Position numbers and translations under genes: made by a program
Notes under the pieces: model-generated
Seen by the model: only the letters and a program-made list of their open reading frames with translations
Told to the model about the DNA's origin: nothing
The model's database searches: none
Source: an uncultured Chloroflexia bacterium
GTDB lineage: Bacteria; Chloroflexota; Limnocylindria; Limnocylindrales; CSP1-4
Reading direction: 5' to 3'
Assembly: GCA_963813335.1 (NCBI GenBank)
Contig: CAWEYL010000005.1
Span: 51,180 to 115,179, forward strand
DNA length: 64,000 bases
Shown here: positions 18,047 to 34,666 of the stretch, one piece after another
Layout of the letters: every line of letters begins with the position of its first letter
How positions within the stretch are numbered: the first letter of the stretch is position 1

Positions 18047-20107
18047 TTGATCGGAGGCCGGCGGCCCCTGCAGGGCCGCAAACCGGCGGACAAGCGCGTC
18101 CGGATCGAGCGCCCGCACGCCCCCTTCTTCCGCTACGTCGGGCCCGGCCAGCTGGTCGCCAAGCCGGGCGCCAACATCGCCCAGACGCCGACCGGGCGCT
18201 TCCTCGCGCGCACCCGCGCCATCGTCTTCGGCCGCCCGCTGTCGAACGAGGAGGAGATCGGCGAGCGCCTCTCGAAGACCAAGGCCCTGGCGATCTTCAG
18301 CTCCGACGCGATCAGCTCGTCCGCCTATGCGACCGAGGAGATCCTGCGGGTCCTGCTGCTCGCCGGCGCCAGCGCCCTCTTCCTGTCGATCCAGGTCGCG
18401 ATCGCGATCACGGTCCTGCTGGCCGTGGTGTCGGTGTCGTACCGCCAGGTCTGCCGCGCCTATCCGAACGGCGGCGGTGCCTACGTCGTGGCGCGGACCA
18501 ACCTGGCCCCGATCTTCGGGCTCATCGCGGCCGCGGCCCTCCTGATCGACTACGTGATGACGGTCGCGGTCTCGACGGCGGCGGCGATCACCCAGATCCA
18601 GTCGGTCATCCCGGCCGCCTACGACGTCCGGATCGAGATCGCCTTCATCTCGATCTCGCTGATCACCATCGCCAACCTGCGCGGCCTGCGCGAGTCGGGG
18701 AACATCTTCGCGGTGCCGACGTACCTTTTCGTGGGGCTGGCCCTCTCGATCGTGGCCATCGGGCTCGTCAACATCGTCGGCGGGACGGTCGTCCAGCCGC
18801 CGCCGACCGACGCGGTCCCATTCCCGCCGGCGAACGCGCTCGAGCCGATCGGGATCCTGCTGCTGCTGAAGGCCTTCGCCGGCGGCTCGGTCGCACTGAC
18901 CGGCGTCGAGGCGATCGCCAACGGTGTGCCGGCGTTCAAGCCGCCCGAATCGAAGAACGCCGCGAACACCATGACCGCGATGGCGGTCCTGCTGGGCATC
19001 CTGTTCGTCGGGCTCACCCTCGTCGCGGTCGCCTACGGGCTCCGTCCCACCAATCCCGGCGGCGCGTCGATCGTCGCCCTCGCCGCGGAGGCGACCTTCG
19101 GCGAGGGCTCCGTGTTCTTCATCGCGTTCGCGGCGTCGACCGCGCTGATCCTGTTCCTGGCCGCGAACACGAGCTTCAATGCCTTCCCGCGCCTCGCCGC
19201 GATCCTGGCCGAGGACGGCTACATGCCCCGCCAGTTCTCGTTCCGCGGCGATCGCCTCGCCTACTCCTGGGGGATCGTCCTGCTGGCGGCGGTCGCGTTC
19301 GGCCTGCTCTGGTTCTTCGGCGGCGACACCCACGCGCTGATCCCGCTCTACTCGGTGGGCGTGTTCGTCTGCTTCACCCTCAGCCAGATCGGCATGGTCC
19401 GCCACTGGCTCACGGTCCGCGAGTCCGGCTGGCACTGGCGCATGGCGGTCAATGGGCTCGGGGCCGTGCTGACCGCGGTCGTGCTCGCGGTCGTCGTCTC
19501 CGAGAAGTTCGAGGCCGGTGCCTACCTCGTGGTGATCCTCGTCCCGACCCTCGTCGCGATGATGCTGTTCATCAGCCACCAGTACAGCCGCTCGAAGCGC
19601 GAGCTGGCGGTCCGTCCGGACCTGGTCGTCCAGGCGCTGCACCGCGAGGAGCGGGCCGTCGTCCCGATCCCGGGTCTCAACCGCGCCGTCGTCCAGGCCA
19701 TCAACGTCGCCCGCTCGATCAGCGACGACATCCGCGCGGTCTATATCAGCGACGACCCGGAATCCGCGGCGCGCCTGCGCACCGATTTCGAGCGGCAGAT
19801 CCCCGGGGTGCCGCTGGTGGTCGTCGAATCGCCGTACCGGGCCCTGGCCGGACCGCTGCTCGCCTACCTCGACGTGCTGGACGCCGCGTGGCCCCCGGGC
19901 AAGCACGAGCCGATCACCTTCGTGGTGATCCCCGAGTACGTGGCCCGCTCGTGGTGGGAGCGCATCCTCTACAACCAGGCGGCCAAGCGGCTGCGGACGG
20001 TGCTCCTGGGGCGCCCCCACACCGTGGTCGTGAACGTCCCATACCGGCGCGAGGACCGCGACCAGTTCGAGGGCGCGCATGCCGCCGACGAGGCGAAGCT
20101 GGAGTAG
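18047..20107 (+). CDS. APC-superfamily transporter, KimA/YdaO-like K+ importer
   Basis: SSDAISSSAYATEE, AYPNGGGAY, LTGVEAIANGV, LIPLYSVGVF; C-terminal cytoplasmic domain with ESPYR. Confidence 0.85.
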   Translation: MIGGRRPLQGRKPADKRVRIERPHAPFFRYVGPGQLVAKPGANIAQTPTGRFLARTRAIVFGRPLSNEEEIGERLSKTKALAIFSSDAISSSAYATEEILRVLLLAGASALFLSIQVAIAITVLLAVVSVSYRQVCRAYPNGGGAYVVARTNLAPIFGLIAAAALLIDYVMTVAVSTAAAITQIQSVIPAAYDVRIEIAFISISLITIANLRGLRESGNIFAVPTYLFVGLALSIVAIGLVNIVGGTVVQPPPTDAVPFPPANALEPIGILLLLKAFAGGSVALTGVEAIANGVPAFKPPESKNAANTMTAMAVLLGILFVGLTLVAVAYGLRPTNPGGASIVALAAEATFGEGSVFFIAFAASTALILFLAANTSFNAFPRLAAILAEDGYMPRQFSFRGDRLAYSWGIVLLAAVAFGLLWFFGGDTHALIPLYSVGVFVCFTLSQIGMVRHWLTVRESGWHWRMAVNGLGAVLTAVVLAVVVSEKFEAGAYLVVILVPTLVAMMLFISHQYSRSKRELAVRPDLVVQALHREERAVVPIPGLNRAVVQAINVARSISDDIRAVYISDDPESAARLRTDFERQIPGVPLVVVESPYRALAGPLLAYLDVLDAAWPPGKHEPITFVVIPEYVARSWWERILYNQAAKRLRTVLLGRPHTVVVNVPYRREDRDQFEGAHAADEAKLE

Positions 20108-20141
20108 TCGGGCGGCACCGGTGGTATCGTGACCGCCGCCC

Positions 20142-20600
20142 ATGTCAGAGACCCACGCCCCCGCCTTCAAGCGAGCGGTCATCGCGCTCAACGGCAGCCC
20201 GAGCGACGCCCGCGTCGTCCGACTCGTCGCCGAGCAGGCCCGCCTCGCCAAGGCCGAGCTCATCGCCGTCCATGTCGTCGAGATCGACTGGACGCTGCCG
20301 CTCGACGCCGACATCGCCAGCCGGTCCGAGAGCGTCCAGCAGGTGCTCGACTCAGCCGAGGCGGTCGCCGAGGAATCGAAGCAGACCCTCGAGCCGGTCC
20401 TGCTCCAGGCCCGCGACGTCGGGGCGGCCATCGTCGACGAGGCGGCCGAGCGCGGCGCGGACCTGATCGTCCTGGGCGTCCCGTTCCGGACCCGGTTCGG
20501 CGGCGAGTTCGCCATCGGCCGGACCATCCCCTACGTCCTGCAGAGTGCGCCGTGCGCCGTCTGGGTGGTGCGCGAGCCGATGTCCGAGGAGCCGTCGTGA
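20142..20600 (+). CDS. Universal stress protein (USP domain)
   Basis: ADLIVLG...GRT..YVLQSAPCAVWVVR. Confidence 0.88.
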   Translation: MSETHAPAFKRAVIALNGSPSDARVVRLVAEQARLAKAELIAVHVVEIDWTLPLDADIASRSESVQQVLDSAEAVAEESKQTLEPVLLQARDVGAAIVDEAAERGADLIVLGVPFRTRFGGEFAIGRTIPYVLQSAPCAVWVVREPMSEEPS

Positions 20601-21109
20601 AGATCGTGATCGTGGGCTGCGGCCGCGTGGGCGCCGCCATCGCCGACGCGTATGACGTGGCCGGTCACCAGGTGCTGATCCTCGACCTGCACACCGACGC
20701 CTTCGACCGCCTGCCGTCGACGTTCCGCGGGCGCGCCGTCCGCGGCGACGGGACCGACGAGGACGTCCTGATCAGGGCCGGTGCCGGCGACGCGGACGTC
20801 TTCCTGGCGATGACCGAGGGCGACAACCGCAACGTCATGGCCGCGCAGCTCGCGACCGAGGCCTTCCGCATCGCGAAGGTCGTCGCCAAGATCAACGACC
20901 CGGTCCGGGCCGAGGCGTACGCCGAGCTCGGGATCGCCACGCTGTGCCGGACCGGGCTGATGCTCGATGCGGTCAACGGCTACCTCGGGTTCCCCAAGTC
21001 CGGCCTGGCCGGGCTCCTCGCGCCGTCCGGGAGCCATCCCGGCGGCGAGCACCACGTCCACGGCACGGCCGCTGGCGTCGCGTCCGACACGTCGTCGGGC
21101 GCCCGATAG
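20597..21109 (+). CDS. TrkA-family RCK_N protein (short form)
   Basis: IVIVGCGRVG, GDGTDEDVL and GDNRNV; GTG overlaps the USP stop. Confidence 0.85.
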   Translation: MKIVIVGCGRVGAAIADAYDVAGHQVLILDLHTDAFDRLPSTFRGRAVRGDGTDEDVLIRAGAGDADVFLAMTEGDNRNVMAAQLATEAFRIAKVVAKINDPVRAEAYAELGIATLCRTGLMLDAVNGYLGFPKSGLAGLLAPSGSHPGGEHHVHGTAAGVASDTSSGAR

Positions 21110-21121
21110 GAGGTCTGGATC

Positions 21122-21805
21122 GTGTTCGTCCTCGTCGTCGGTGGCGGGAAGGTCGGCTACTACCTCACCAAGGAACTGATCGATGCGGGCCACGAGGTGG
21201 CCCTGATGGAGAAGGACCCGTCGCGCGCGGTCCAGATCGCCGACGAGATCGGCTCGATCGTGATCGCCCATGACGGTTGCGAGGGCAAGTACCTCGGCGA
21301 GGCCGGCTGCAACCGGGCCGACGTCGTCGCGGCCGTGACCGGCGACGACGAGGACAACCTCGTCATCTGCCAGATGGCCAAGCACCACTTCGATGTCCCG
21401 CGGACGATCGCCCGCGTCAACAACCCCAAGAACGAGGCGCTCTTCCGCCACCTCGGCGTGGACGAGCTGATCAGCCCCACCCGGATGATCCTGGGCTCGA
21501 TCGAGCAGGACATCCCGGTCCACGAGCTCCTCCACCTCGCCGCCCTCGGCGAGAGCGACCTCGAGCTCATCGAGGCGCATCTGCAGGCCGGCTCGCCGGC
21601 CATCGGGCGGGCGCCGAAGGACCTCTCGATCCCCGAGGGCTGCTCGCTCTTCGCGGTCATCCGCGAGGGCGTCGCCACGCCGCTGCGCCCCGATACCGTC
21701 ATGCTCGAGGGCGACAAGGTCATCGCCATCGGCCGGCAGGACTGCCAGGAACTGCTGCACGACCAGCTCATCGGCGACGCGGAGGTCGTCGGCGCCGACG
21801 CCTGA
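21122..21805 (+). CDS. trkA: TrkA-family K+ uptake regulator (RCK_N plus RCK_C)
   Basis: VVGGGKVG, TGDDEDNLV, IARVNNPKN; C-terminal RCK_C domain. Confidence 0.85.
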   Translation: MFVLVVGGGKVGYYLTKELIDAGHEVALMEKDPSRAVQIADEIGSIVIAHDGCEGKYLGEAGCNRADVVAAVTGDDEDNLVICQMAKHHFDVPRTIARVNNPKNEALFRHLGVDELISPTRMILGSIEQDIPVHELLHLAALGESDLELIEAHLQAGSPAIGRAPKDLSIPEGCSLFAVIREGVATPLRPDTVMLEGDKVIAIGRQDCQELLHDQLIGDAEVVGADA

Positions 21806-22206
21806 CCCGCGGACCGGGCCGGGGCGGCGCAGGGCGCAGCCCGGGCGGGGCCACCGGCGCCGACCGGTCCAGGAAGCCACGATACGTGCGTCGCTGACGA
21901 CGTCGACTCGATCTTCAATCGGCCACGCACGCGTTGTGGCCCGTGACGCCGGTCTTCCTGCCGCGATCCTTGACCCCGAGCCCGCGCCGGCCTGCGACGC
22001 AGCGTTCGTGGCCTGACGGACCCACGGACGATCGGCGGTGGGCGACACACTCCAGGCTCGAGGCCCGTCGACCCACTGTGTTCGGCCGCCAGCTCCAGCG
22101 GCCGGTTTCGACCGCCACGAGGGTCATGACGAGCCACCGTCGAGGCCGACTGAGACCTCGACCGGTGCGCCGGCGCAAGACATTGGCAAATCGAAACCGC
22201 AGAACT

Positions 22207-22237
22207 CTTGACAACGATATTGTCAACGTTCTAGCAT
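22207..22237 (+). promoter_or_regulatory. HAIR-like HspR operator overlapping a sigma70 promoter
   Basis: CTTGACA-N7-TGTCAAC, same geometry as HAIR CTTGAGT-N7-ACTCAAG; TTGACA-18 bp-TAGCAT; ATG 7 nt after the -10 box. Confidence 0.75.
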
Positions 22238-22244
22238 CCCCGGC

Positions 22245-22622
22245 ATGACCACCGGCCAACCAGATCGTGACCCGACGCGACCCGTCTACGTGATCAGCGT
22301 GGCGGCGACGCTCGTCAGCGTCCATCCGCGGACCCTGCGGATCTACGAGGACGAGGGCCTGATCTGCCCGGCCCGGACCCCGACCAATATCCGCCTGTAC
22401 AGCGAGAACGACATCCGGCGAGTCCTCTGGATCCGCCACCTCACGCGGGACCGCGGCGTCAACCTCGCGGGCATCCGGATCCTCTTCGAACTCGAGGAGC
22501 GCCTCGGCGCCCGGATCCTCGAAGCCCTCTACGCCGAAGGCACGGCCGCCATCGAGGCATCCGCAGCCGCCACCCGTGACGAATCCACCGTCGACCCCGA
22601 CCCAGCCGCCAAGTCTGCCTAG
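22245..22622 (+). CDS. hspR: HspR-like MerR-family heat-shock repressor
   Basis: PVYVISVAA, HPRTLRIYE, RLYSENDI and GVNLAGI. Confidence 0.8.
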   Translation: MTTGQPDRDPTRPVYVISVAATLVSVHPRTLRIYEDEGLICPARTPTNIRLYSENDIRRVLWIRHLTRDRGVNLAGIRILFELEERLGARILEALYAEGTAAIEASAAATRDESTVDPDPAAKSA

Positions 22623-22653
22623 ACCACGGCACCAGCACCCCTAGGAGAACCCG

Positions 22654-25146
<2,493 letters not shown>

Positions 25147-25158
25147 CGGAGGGTCGCG

Positions 25159-26232
25159 ATGGCCGGCGGCGGGCCTGGAGCAGGCCTGGAGTACAAGGAC
25201 TACTACGCGGTCCTCGGCGTGCCGAGGACCGCGTCGAAGGCCGAGATCAAGAAGGCGTTCCGCAAGGCCGCTCGCGAGAGCCATCCCGACGCCAAGCCCG
25301 GTGACAAGGCGGCCGAGCAGCGCTTCAAGGACATCAACGAGGCCAACGAGGTCCTCTCGGACCCCGACAAGCGCAAGCGCTACGACACGCTCGGCGCGGC
25401 CTGGGACCAGTACGGCCAGGGCGGTCCCGGCGCGGCCGACCCGTTCGGTCCGGGCGGACCGTTCGCCGGGTTCGCCCGCGGCGGTGCCTCGACCGGCCCG
25501 GGCGGCGTCCGCTACGAATTCCACACGACCGCCGACACCGGCGACTTCAGCGATTTCTTCCGGATGTTCTTCGGCGGCGACACCGGCGGCGGGCAGCCCG
25601 GCGGCCCCGGTCCCGGACGCGGCCGCCGTCCCAGCGGCGGCGAGTCCTTCGAATCGATCCTGGCCGGGATGGGCCTCGACGGCACGACCTCGACCGGCAC
25701 GCGGACCCGTCCCGCGCCGAAGCCGTCAGCCGAGGCCATCGCCGAGATCAGCCTCGAGGAGGCCTACCACGGGACGACCCGCCGGGTCGACGTCGAAGGC
25801 AAGCACCTCGAGGTCACGATCCCCAGGGGCGCCGACACCGGGACCCGCGTCCGACTGTCGGGCAAGGCCCCGGGCGGCGGCGACCTGTTCGTCGTCGTCA
25901 AGCTGGAGCCGCACCCCACGTTCAAGCGCCGCGGCGCGGACCTCGAGCGCGAGATCGCCCTGACCCTCGGGGAGGCGCTGCTCGGCGGCGAGGTCCCCGT
26001 CCGCACGCTCAAGGGCAAGGTCCTGCTGACCGTGCCCGCGGGCACGCAGCCCGGCCGGACGTTCCGGCTGGCCGGCCAGGGGATGCCGCGGCTCGGCGCG
26101 ACCGGGCACGGCGACCTGTACGCCCGCGCCAGGGTGGTGCTCCCGACCGGCCTGTCCGACACGGCCCGCGAGGCGGCGACCACCGCCATCACGCTCATCG
26201 ACCAACCAGACCCCCGCTCCCGAGAGACCTGA
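25159..26232 (+). CDS. Class II J-domain co-chaperone (CbpA/DnaJ-like, no zinc finger)
   Basis: KDYY..LGV, HPD motif, G/F-rich region and DnaJ_C. Confidence 0.9.
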   Translation: MAGGGPGAGLEYKDYYAVLGVPRTASKAEIKKAFRKAARESHPDAKPGDKAAEQRFKDINEANEVLSDPDKRKRYDTLGAAWDQYGQGGPGAADPFGPGGPFAGFARGGASTGPGGVRYEFHTTADTGDFSDFFRMFFGGDTGGGQPGGPGPGRGRRPSGGESFESILAGMGLDGTTSTGTRTRPAPKPSAEAIAEISLEEAYHGTTRRVDVEGKHLEVTIPRGADTGTRVRLSGKAPGGGDLFVVVKLEPHPTFKRRGADLEREIALTLGEALLGGEVPVRTLKGKVLLTVPAGTQPGRTFRLAGQGMPRLGATGHGDLYARARVVLPTGLSDTAREAATTAITLIDQPDPRSRET

Positions 26233-26233
26233 C

Positions 26234-28972
<2,739 letters not shown>

Positions 28973-28988
28973 CCGGCAGCCGCACGGC

Positions 28989-29627
28989 GTGCGCTTCGCG
29001 GACGTCCTGGAACGGCTCGCGGCACTCCCTGATCCCCTGCCGCCGCCCGCCGAGGTGCTCATGCCGGTCGTGGTCGGCTCGGACGAGCCACGGCCACGCG
29101 GCGGGCTGCCGCCGGGACGGACCGGCCGGCCCGCGGCGGTCCTCGCGCTGCTCTACCCCGATGACGCCGGGATGGCCCGGGTCGTGCTGATCGAGCGCTC
29201 CGCCGGCGGCCACCACTCCGGCGAGGTGAGCCTTCCCGGCGGCAAGGCCGAGCCGGACGATGCGGACACGACGGCGACCGCCCTGCGCGAGACCGTCGAG
29301 GAGGTCGGCCTCGACGTCCTGGCGGCCGGGGTCCGGGTCATCGGGGCGCTCGACCTGCACTGGATCCCGGTGAGCGACTTCGCCGTCACCCCGATCGTAG
29401 CCGTCGCCGAGCGGCGGCCGGTGCTGACCCCCGCGCCGTCCGAGGTCGCGCGCATCCTCGAGCCGCCGATGGCCGCGTTCCTGCCCGGCGCGCCGATCGA
29501 GATCGTCGAGCGGACGGTCGGGACCTGGCCGCTGCGCTACGGCACATACACAGTGGACGGCCTCTCCGTGTGGGGCGCGACCGCCCGGATCCTGAGCCAG
29601 CTCGGGGCGATCCTGGCCGAGGGCTGA
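28989..29627 (+). CDS. Nudix CoA pyrophosphatase-like hydrolase
   Basis: AAVL, HSGEVSLPGG, TALRETVEEVG and VWGATARIL. Confidence 0.88.
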   Translation: MRFADVLERLAALPDPLPPPAEVLMPVVVGSDEPRPRGGLPPGRTGRPAAVLALLYPDDAGMARVVLIERSAGGHHSGEVSLPGGKAEPDDADTTATALRETVEEVGLDVLAAGVRVIGALDLHWIPVSDFAVTPIVAVAERRPVLTPAPSEVARILEPPMAAFLPGAPIEIVERTVGTWPLRYGTYTVDGLSVWGATARILSQLGAILAEG

Positions 29628-29628
29628 G

Positions 29629-30102
29629 TCAGGCCGGTTCGCCGTCCCGCGGCTCGTCGCGTGGCGTGTCCGGTCGCAGCGGCACGGCGATCCCCTCGAC
29701 CGGCGGCAGCCCGGCGACGTCGCCGTCCTCGCGGACGAGTCCGTCGAGGAGGCCGCGCACGGCCGAGTCATCGGCCCCGGCGAACTCGACGACCAGGGCG
29801 CGCATCTCCGAATGCTCGGTCCACGCCGCATGCAGGACGTCGGCCGGCCAGAGGACCGCCTCGCCCGGCGCCACCCGCGTCCGCTCCCCGGCGACCGCGA
29901 CCCAGCCGCCGCCCTCGATGACGACCATCCAGGTCGTGTTCGGGCTCGTGTGGGGCTCGACGCGCGCGTCCCGGGCGAACGCGACCTCGGTGATGAGCCC
30001 GCGCCCGTCCGAGTGGATCACCTGGCTCCTGACGCCGACCGTGCCGGGCGGCCCGTCCGGCCGTCGATGGCCGACCCCGAACCGGCGGATCTCGATCGGC
30101 AT
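29629..30102 (-). CDS. Cupin domain protein
   Basis: PHT...VIEGGG...GEAVLWPADVLHAA. Confidence 0.75.
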   Translation of the reverse strand: MPIEIRRFGVGHRRPDGPPGTVGVRSQVIHSDGRGLITEVAFARDARVEPHTSPNTTWMVVIEGGGWVAVAGERTRVAPGEAVLWPADVLHAAWTEHSEMRALVVEFAGADDSAVRGLLDGLVREDGDVAGLPPVEGIAVPLRPDTPRDEPRDGEPA

Positions 30103-30108
30103 CGTCGA

Positions 30109-30555
30109 CTAGCGGCGGCGCTTCTGGCTGCGCGCTGCCCGACGTGCGCCGCGCTTCTTGATCGTCGACTCCGGGTCCGCGAACTTCTGCTTCGTGTAGT
30201 AGCGCTCGCGGGCGAGCCGCGCCTCGTGCGCCGCGAGGATCGGCGGGAAGCGCCGGAAGCGGATCCAGACCAGCGTCCCGATGCCGATGACCTGGGTCAC
30301 CAGCACGATGAAGAAGTCGAAGACGAACAGCGCCTCGATCACGATCATGCTGAACGTGATCAGCCCGGTCCACCACAGCCATTCCCACATCTCGAGGAAC
30401 GGCGGGTGGCGGTGGAGCGCCCGCGTCCGGACGTTGTAGAGGATCAGCAGGACCGCCAGGAGGACGGCGGCCGCGATCCACGTCGGATGGAAGAGGTCCG
30501 GGAAGTTCTTGTGGTTGAACGACAGGAAGAGGTAGTCCCAGGGGGCGAGCGTCAC
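30109..30555 (-). CDS. Three-TM membrane protein with a basic tail
   Basis: Three hydrophobic segments and an Arg/Lys-rich C-terminus. Confidence 0.7.
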   Translation of the reverse strand: MTLAPWDYLFLSFNHKNFPDLFHPTWIAAAVLLAVLLILYNVRTRALHRHPPFLEMWEWLWWTGLITFSMIVIEALFVFDFFIVLVTQVIGIGTLVWIRFRRFPPILAAHEARLARERYYTKQKFADPESTIKKRGARRAARSQKRRR

Positions 30556-30707
30556 GCACCGACCTCGATGTTCTGACCGTGGATGGGCCCCCGGAGTATG
30601 CCACGCTGGGCGCTATACTCGGCCGAGCGGTGCGGCGCCAGAGGACCGGCCGGGGGCGCCACCCGCCGGGACCCCGAGCGCGCCGCCGGAACCCTTGCGA
30701 TGGGAGG

Positions 30708-32264
30708 ATGGCCCGGGTGCGAGCGCTGCTGTCAGTCGCGAACCGCGATGGGATCGCGGCTCTTGCGCGCGACCTCCTCGCCCTCGACATCGAGATCTTC
30801 GCGACGGACGGCACCCGCGAGTTCCTCGCCGGCGAGGGCGTCGACGTGGCGTCGGTCGCGGACCTGACCCAAGGGGAGTCGACGGTCGGCGGCCAGGTCA
30901 AGACCTTCCACCACGCGGTCTATGCGGGCATCCTCGCCCGCCGCGACGTCCCGGCCCAGCTGGCCGAGCTCGAAGCCCAGGGCATCGTCCCGATCGACCT
31001 CGTGATCGTGAACGTCAAGCCGTTCGCCCCGGCGATCGGGGCCAAGCTCATCGGGCTGGACGAGGCGATCGAGATGATCGACGTGGCCGGAGCGGCCCTG
31101 CTCGGCGCAGCGGCCCGGAACTCGGCCGGGGTGGCCGCCGCATCCGACCCGTCGCAGTACGGCCGGATCGTCGGCGAGCTGCGCGAGCACGGCCTGGTGA
31201 CGCCCGAGACGCGGGCCGCGCTGGCGGCCGAGGCGTTCAGCATGGTGGCGGCTTATCACGCCGAGATCGCGGCCTACCTCAACCAGATCTCGGGCAACAC
31301 GTTCCCGCACCGCCTGGCCATCGTCCTCGAGAAGGTCGACGACCTGCGCTACGGCGAGAACCCGCACCAGCGCGCGGCGTTCTACCGCGAGACCACCCAC
31401 CGCAGCGGCACGCTCGCGGACGCGACCCAGATCGCCGGCGACCGCCCGTCCTTCAACAACCTGATGGACCTCGACGCGGCCTACCGGATCGCCCGCGACT
31501 ACACCGGTCCCACGGTCGCCATCGTGAAGCACACCGACCCGGTCGGCATCGCCTCGCACGACGAGCTGGTCGAGGCCTATCGGCACGCGCTCGAGACGGA
31601 CCCGGTCGCCTCGTTCGGCGGCATCGTCGGGGTCAACCGCGAGCTCGACGGCGCGACCGCGCGCGAGATCGCGGCGAACTCCTACGAGGCGGTCGTGGCC
31701 CCCGGCTTCAGCCAGTCGGCGCTCGGCATCCTGCGCGCCAAGAGCGGGCTGGAGCTGCTGGCCGTCCCCGCCGACCCGATCGAGGGGATGCGCGACTACG
31801 GCATCGCGAACCTCGACTTCAAGCGGGTCGCCGGCGGGCTCCTCGTGGAATCGCTGGACGACCTCGGGCTGGACCGCGGCCGGCTCCAGGTCGTCACCGA
31901 GCGCCGGCCGACGCTCGAGGAGCTGACCGACCTGCTCTTCGGCTGGCGGGCGGTCCGCCACGTCCGCTCGAATGCCATCGTGCTGGCCAGGCACGGCGCG
32001 ACGGTCGGGATCGGGGCGGCCCAGGCGTCGCGCCAGGTGTCGGTCGAGATCGCGCTGCGCCGCGCCGGCGACCGCGCCAAGCTCGCGGTGATGGCCTCGG
32101 ACGCCTACTTCCCCTTCCCGGACGGCATCCAGGCGGCGGCCGGCGCGGGGGTCACCGCGATCATCCAGCCAGGCGGCTCGATCCGCGACGAGATGGCCAT
32201 CGAGGTCGCCGACCGCCACCACCTCGCCATGGTCTTTACCGGCCGCCGGCACTTCCGGCACTAG
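30708..32264 (+). CDS. purH: Bifunctional AICAR transformylase/IMP cyclohydrolase
   Basis: [32 protein letters not shown] and TGRRHFRH. Confidence 0.92.
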   Translation: MARVRALLSVANRDGIAALARDLLALDIEIFATDGTREFLAGEGVDVASVADLTQGESTVGGQVKTFHHAVYAGILARRDVPAQLAELEAQGIVPIDLVIVNVKPFAPAIGAKLIGLDEAIEMIDVAGAALLGAAARNSAGVAAASDPSQYGRIVGELREHGLVTPETRAALAAEAFSMVAAYHAEIAAYLNQISGNTFPHRLAIVLEKVDDLRYGENPHQRAAFYRETTHRSGTLADATQIAGDRPSFNNLMDLDAAYRIARDYTGPTVAIVKHTDPVGIASHDELVEAYRHALETDPVASFGGIVGVNRELDGATAREIAANSYEAVVAPGFSQSALGILRAKSGLELLAVPADPIEGMRDYGIANLDFKRVAGGLLVESLDDLGLDRGRLQVVTERRPTLEELTDLLFGWRAVRHVRSNAIVLARHGATVGIGAAQASRQVSVEIALRRAGDRAKLAVMASDAYFPFPDGIQAAAGAGVTAIIQPGGSIRDEMAIEVADRHHLAMVFTGRRHFRH

Positions 32265-32266
32265 CC

Positions 32267-33248
<982 letters not shown>

Positions 33249-33259
33249 CGGTCTCGCCT

Positions 33260-33961
33260 GTGCCCCTGGAGAACGACTTGATCCACGACTCGCTCTCCGC
33301 CATCGAACCGGGCGAGACGCTCGAGACCGCGATGCTCAGCCCATGCGTGGGTGGACTCGTGCGCACGTGGACCGATCACGGCTCGCGGTTGTGGGGCGTG
33401 GCCGACCCATCGACGCTCGCGTCGTCGATGGGGCGGGGCGTCATCGCCCGGACGCTCCGCGAAGAGGGGCGATTCCGCGAAGTCGCCCTGCTCCACCAGC
33501 GGACGGGCACCCTGCTCCTCCAGTCCCGGTGGCCGACGCAGACGTCTGAGGGAGCCATCGAGTCCACGGCTCCCGTCGTGCAGTTGACTGCCCCACGGCC
33601 CGCGGCGACCTCGCCATGGGCGGACCTCCAGGCCGTGCTTGGCCAGGCCGTACGTCATACGCTCGAGGTCGACGGGCTGCTGGTGGTCGAGCAGGGCGGA
33701 TGGGATGCCCCGATCGAGCCCTATTGCCTGTTCCTCGTGGTCCACGATCACGGCGACGTGAGCCTCGTGGAATGCGCGCCGGCGCCGACCGGCGCCACGC
33801 TCTGGCAACAGGACCTGCGAGCTGGCGCGGCCGGCGCGACCATGTCGGCCCCGGCGACCGACGCGACCCTCGGCGTCGTTCCGGCGCTCATCGTCGACGC
33901 CTGCGCCACCTGGGGGCTCGAGCCGTGGGATCTCGCCATCACGTACGGCGATCGGTCCTGA
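33260..33961 (+). CDS. Hypothetical protein
   Basis: 233-aa ORF with natural composition; sequence looks less GC-biased than its neighbours. Confidence 0.55.
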   Translation: MPLENDLIHDSLSAIEPGETLETAMLSPCVGGLVRTWTDHGSRLWGVADPSTLASSMGRGVIARTLREEGRFREVALLHQRTGTLLLQSRWPTQTSEGAIESTAPVVQLTAPRPAATSPWADLQAVLGQAVRHTLEVDGLLVVEQGGWDAPIEPYCLFLVVHDHGDVSLVECAPAPTGATLWQQDLRAGAAGATMSAPATDATLGVVPALIVDACATWGLEPWDLAITYGDRS

Positions 33962-34087
33962 CCGTCGAGGGGCAGGCGCGTGCCGCAAGATCTCGATCGA
34001 GGTCCCGGCTTGGGCGCAACTTCTGATGAAGGCTTCGCGATGCGCTTGCCCACGTCACCGAGCGAGGACCACGACCGTCGTGTGGGC

Positions 34088-34570
34088 ATGCGGTGGGCGG
34101 GTGTCGGCATGGTGGTCCTGACCCTGGTCGGCTGCGCCGTCGGGACGGCCATGCCTGACAACATCCGGCCCACAGTGGCGGCGATCGAGACGCTCGGCTA
34201 CCGCTGCGGTGACGGCGTCAAGGACAACGTGCCCAGCGGCCTCTTCCAGTGGTCCTGCAACGGCCGGATCGACGGCGTGCCATCGACCATCCTGGTCGAT
34301 GGGAATGCGGAGGGCGTCGCAGGCGTCACCCTCGTCGTCGAGGATCCACGGGACCCCGGAGGCACGGCCAGTCAGTTCGCGCGACTCGTGGACGAGGTGC
34401 CCCCGCTCAACACGGCACCCGTGCTGAAGGACACGGTCGCTGGCTGGGCCGGCGCTGAACAGGCATGGACGGTCGGGGGAATCCGCATCTCCGCACAGTG
34501 CGATGCGACCCAGTGCCTCTTCATCGTCATGCCAGCCGAAGATGCCCTCCGCCCGCTGCCGTTGCCGTAG
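34088..34570 (+). CDS. Putative lipoprotein
   Basis: Signal peptide with lipobox LVGC; two further Cys pairs. Confidence 0.55.
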   Translation: MRWAGVGMVVLTLVGCAVGTAMPDNIRPTVAAIETLGYRCGDGVKDNVPSGLFQWSCNGRIDGVPSTILVDGNAEGVAGVTLVVEDPRDPGGTASQFARLVDEVPPLNTAPVLKDTVAGWAGAEQAWTVGGIRISAQCDATQCLFIVMPAEDALRPLPLP

Positions 34571-34666
34571 ATCACAGATCCAAACCGGGGCTCGCGGGCG
34601 GACGATCAACCGAGACGCGCCTGGGCGTCGCGCCGTGTGCCTGCTTGTCCGCGCTTCCTGCCGGTC

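Noticed and set aside
21806-22200. 400-bp intergenic region as a possible RNA gene or small CDS
   Set aside because: No tRNA or known RNA motif, no convincing long stems, and the ORFs have off-frame-like composition.
30580-30707. ZMP/ZTP riboswitch upstream of purH
   Set aside because: The conserved GACTGGCG and CGCCTGGGC elements are not found; the GAGTAT...ATACTC repeat is better explained as divergent -10 boxes.
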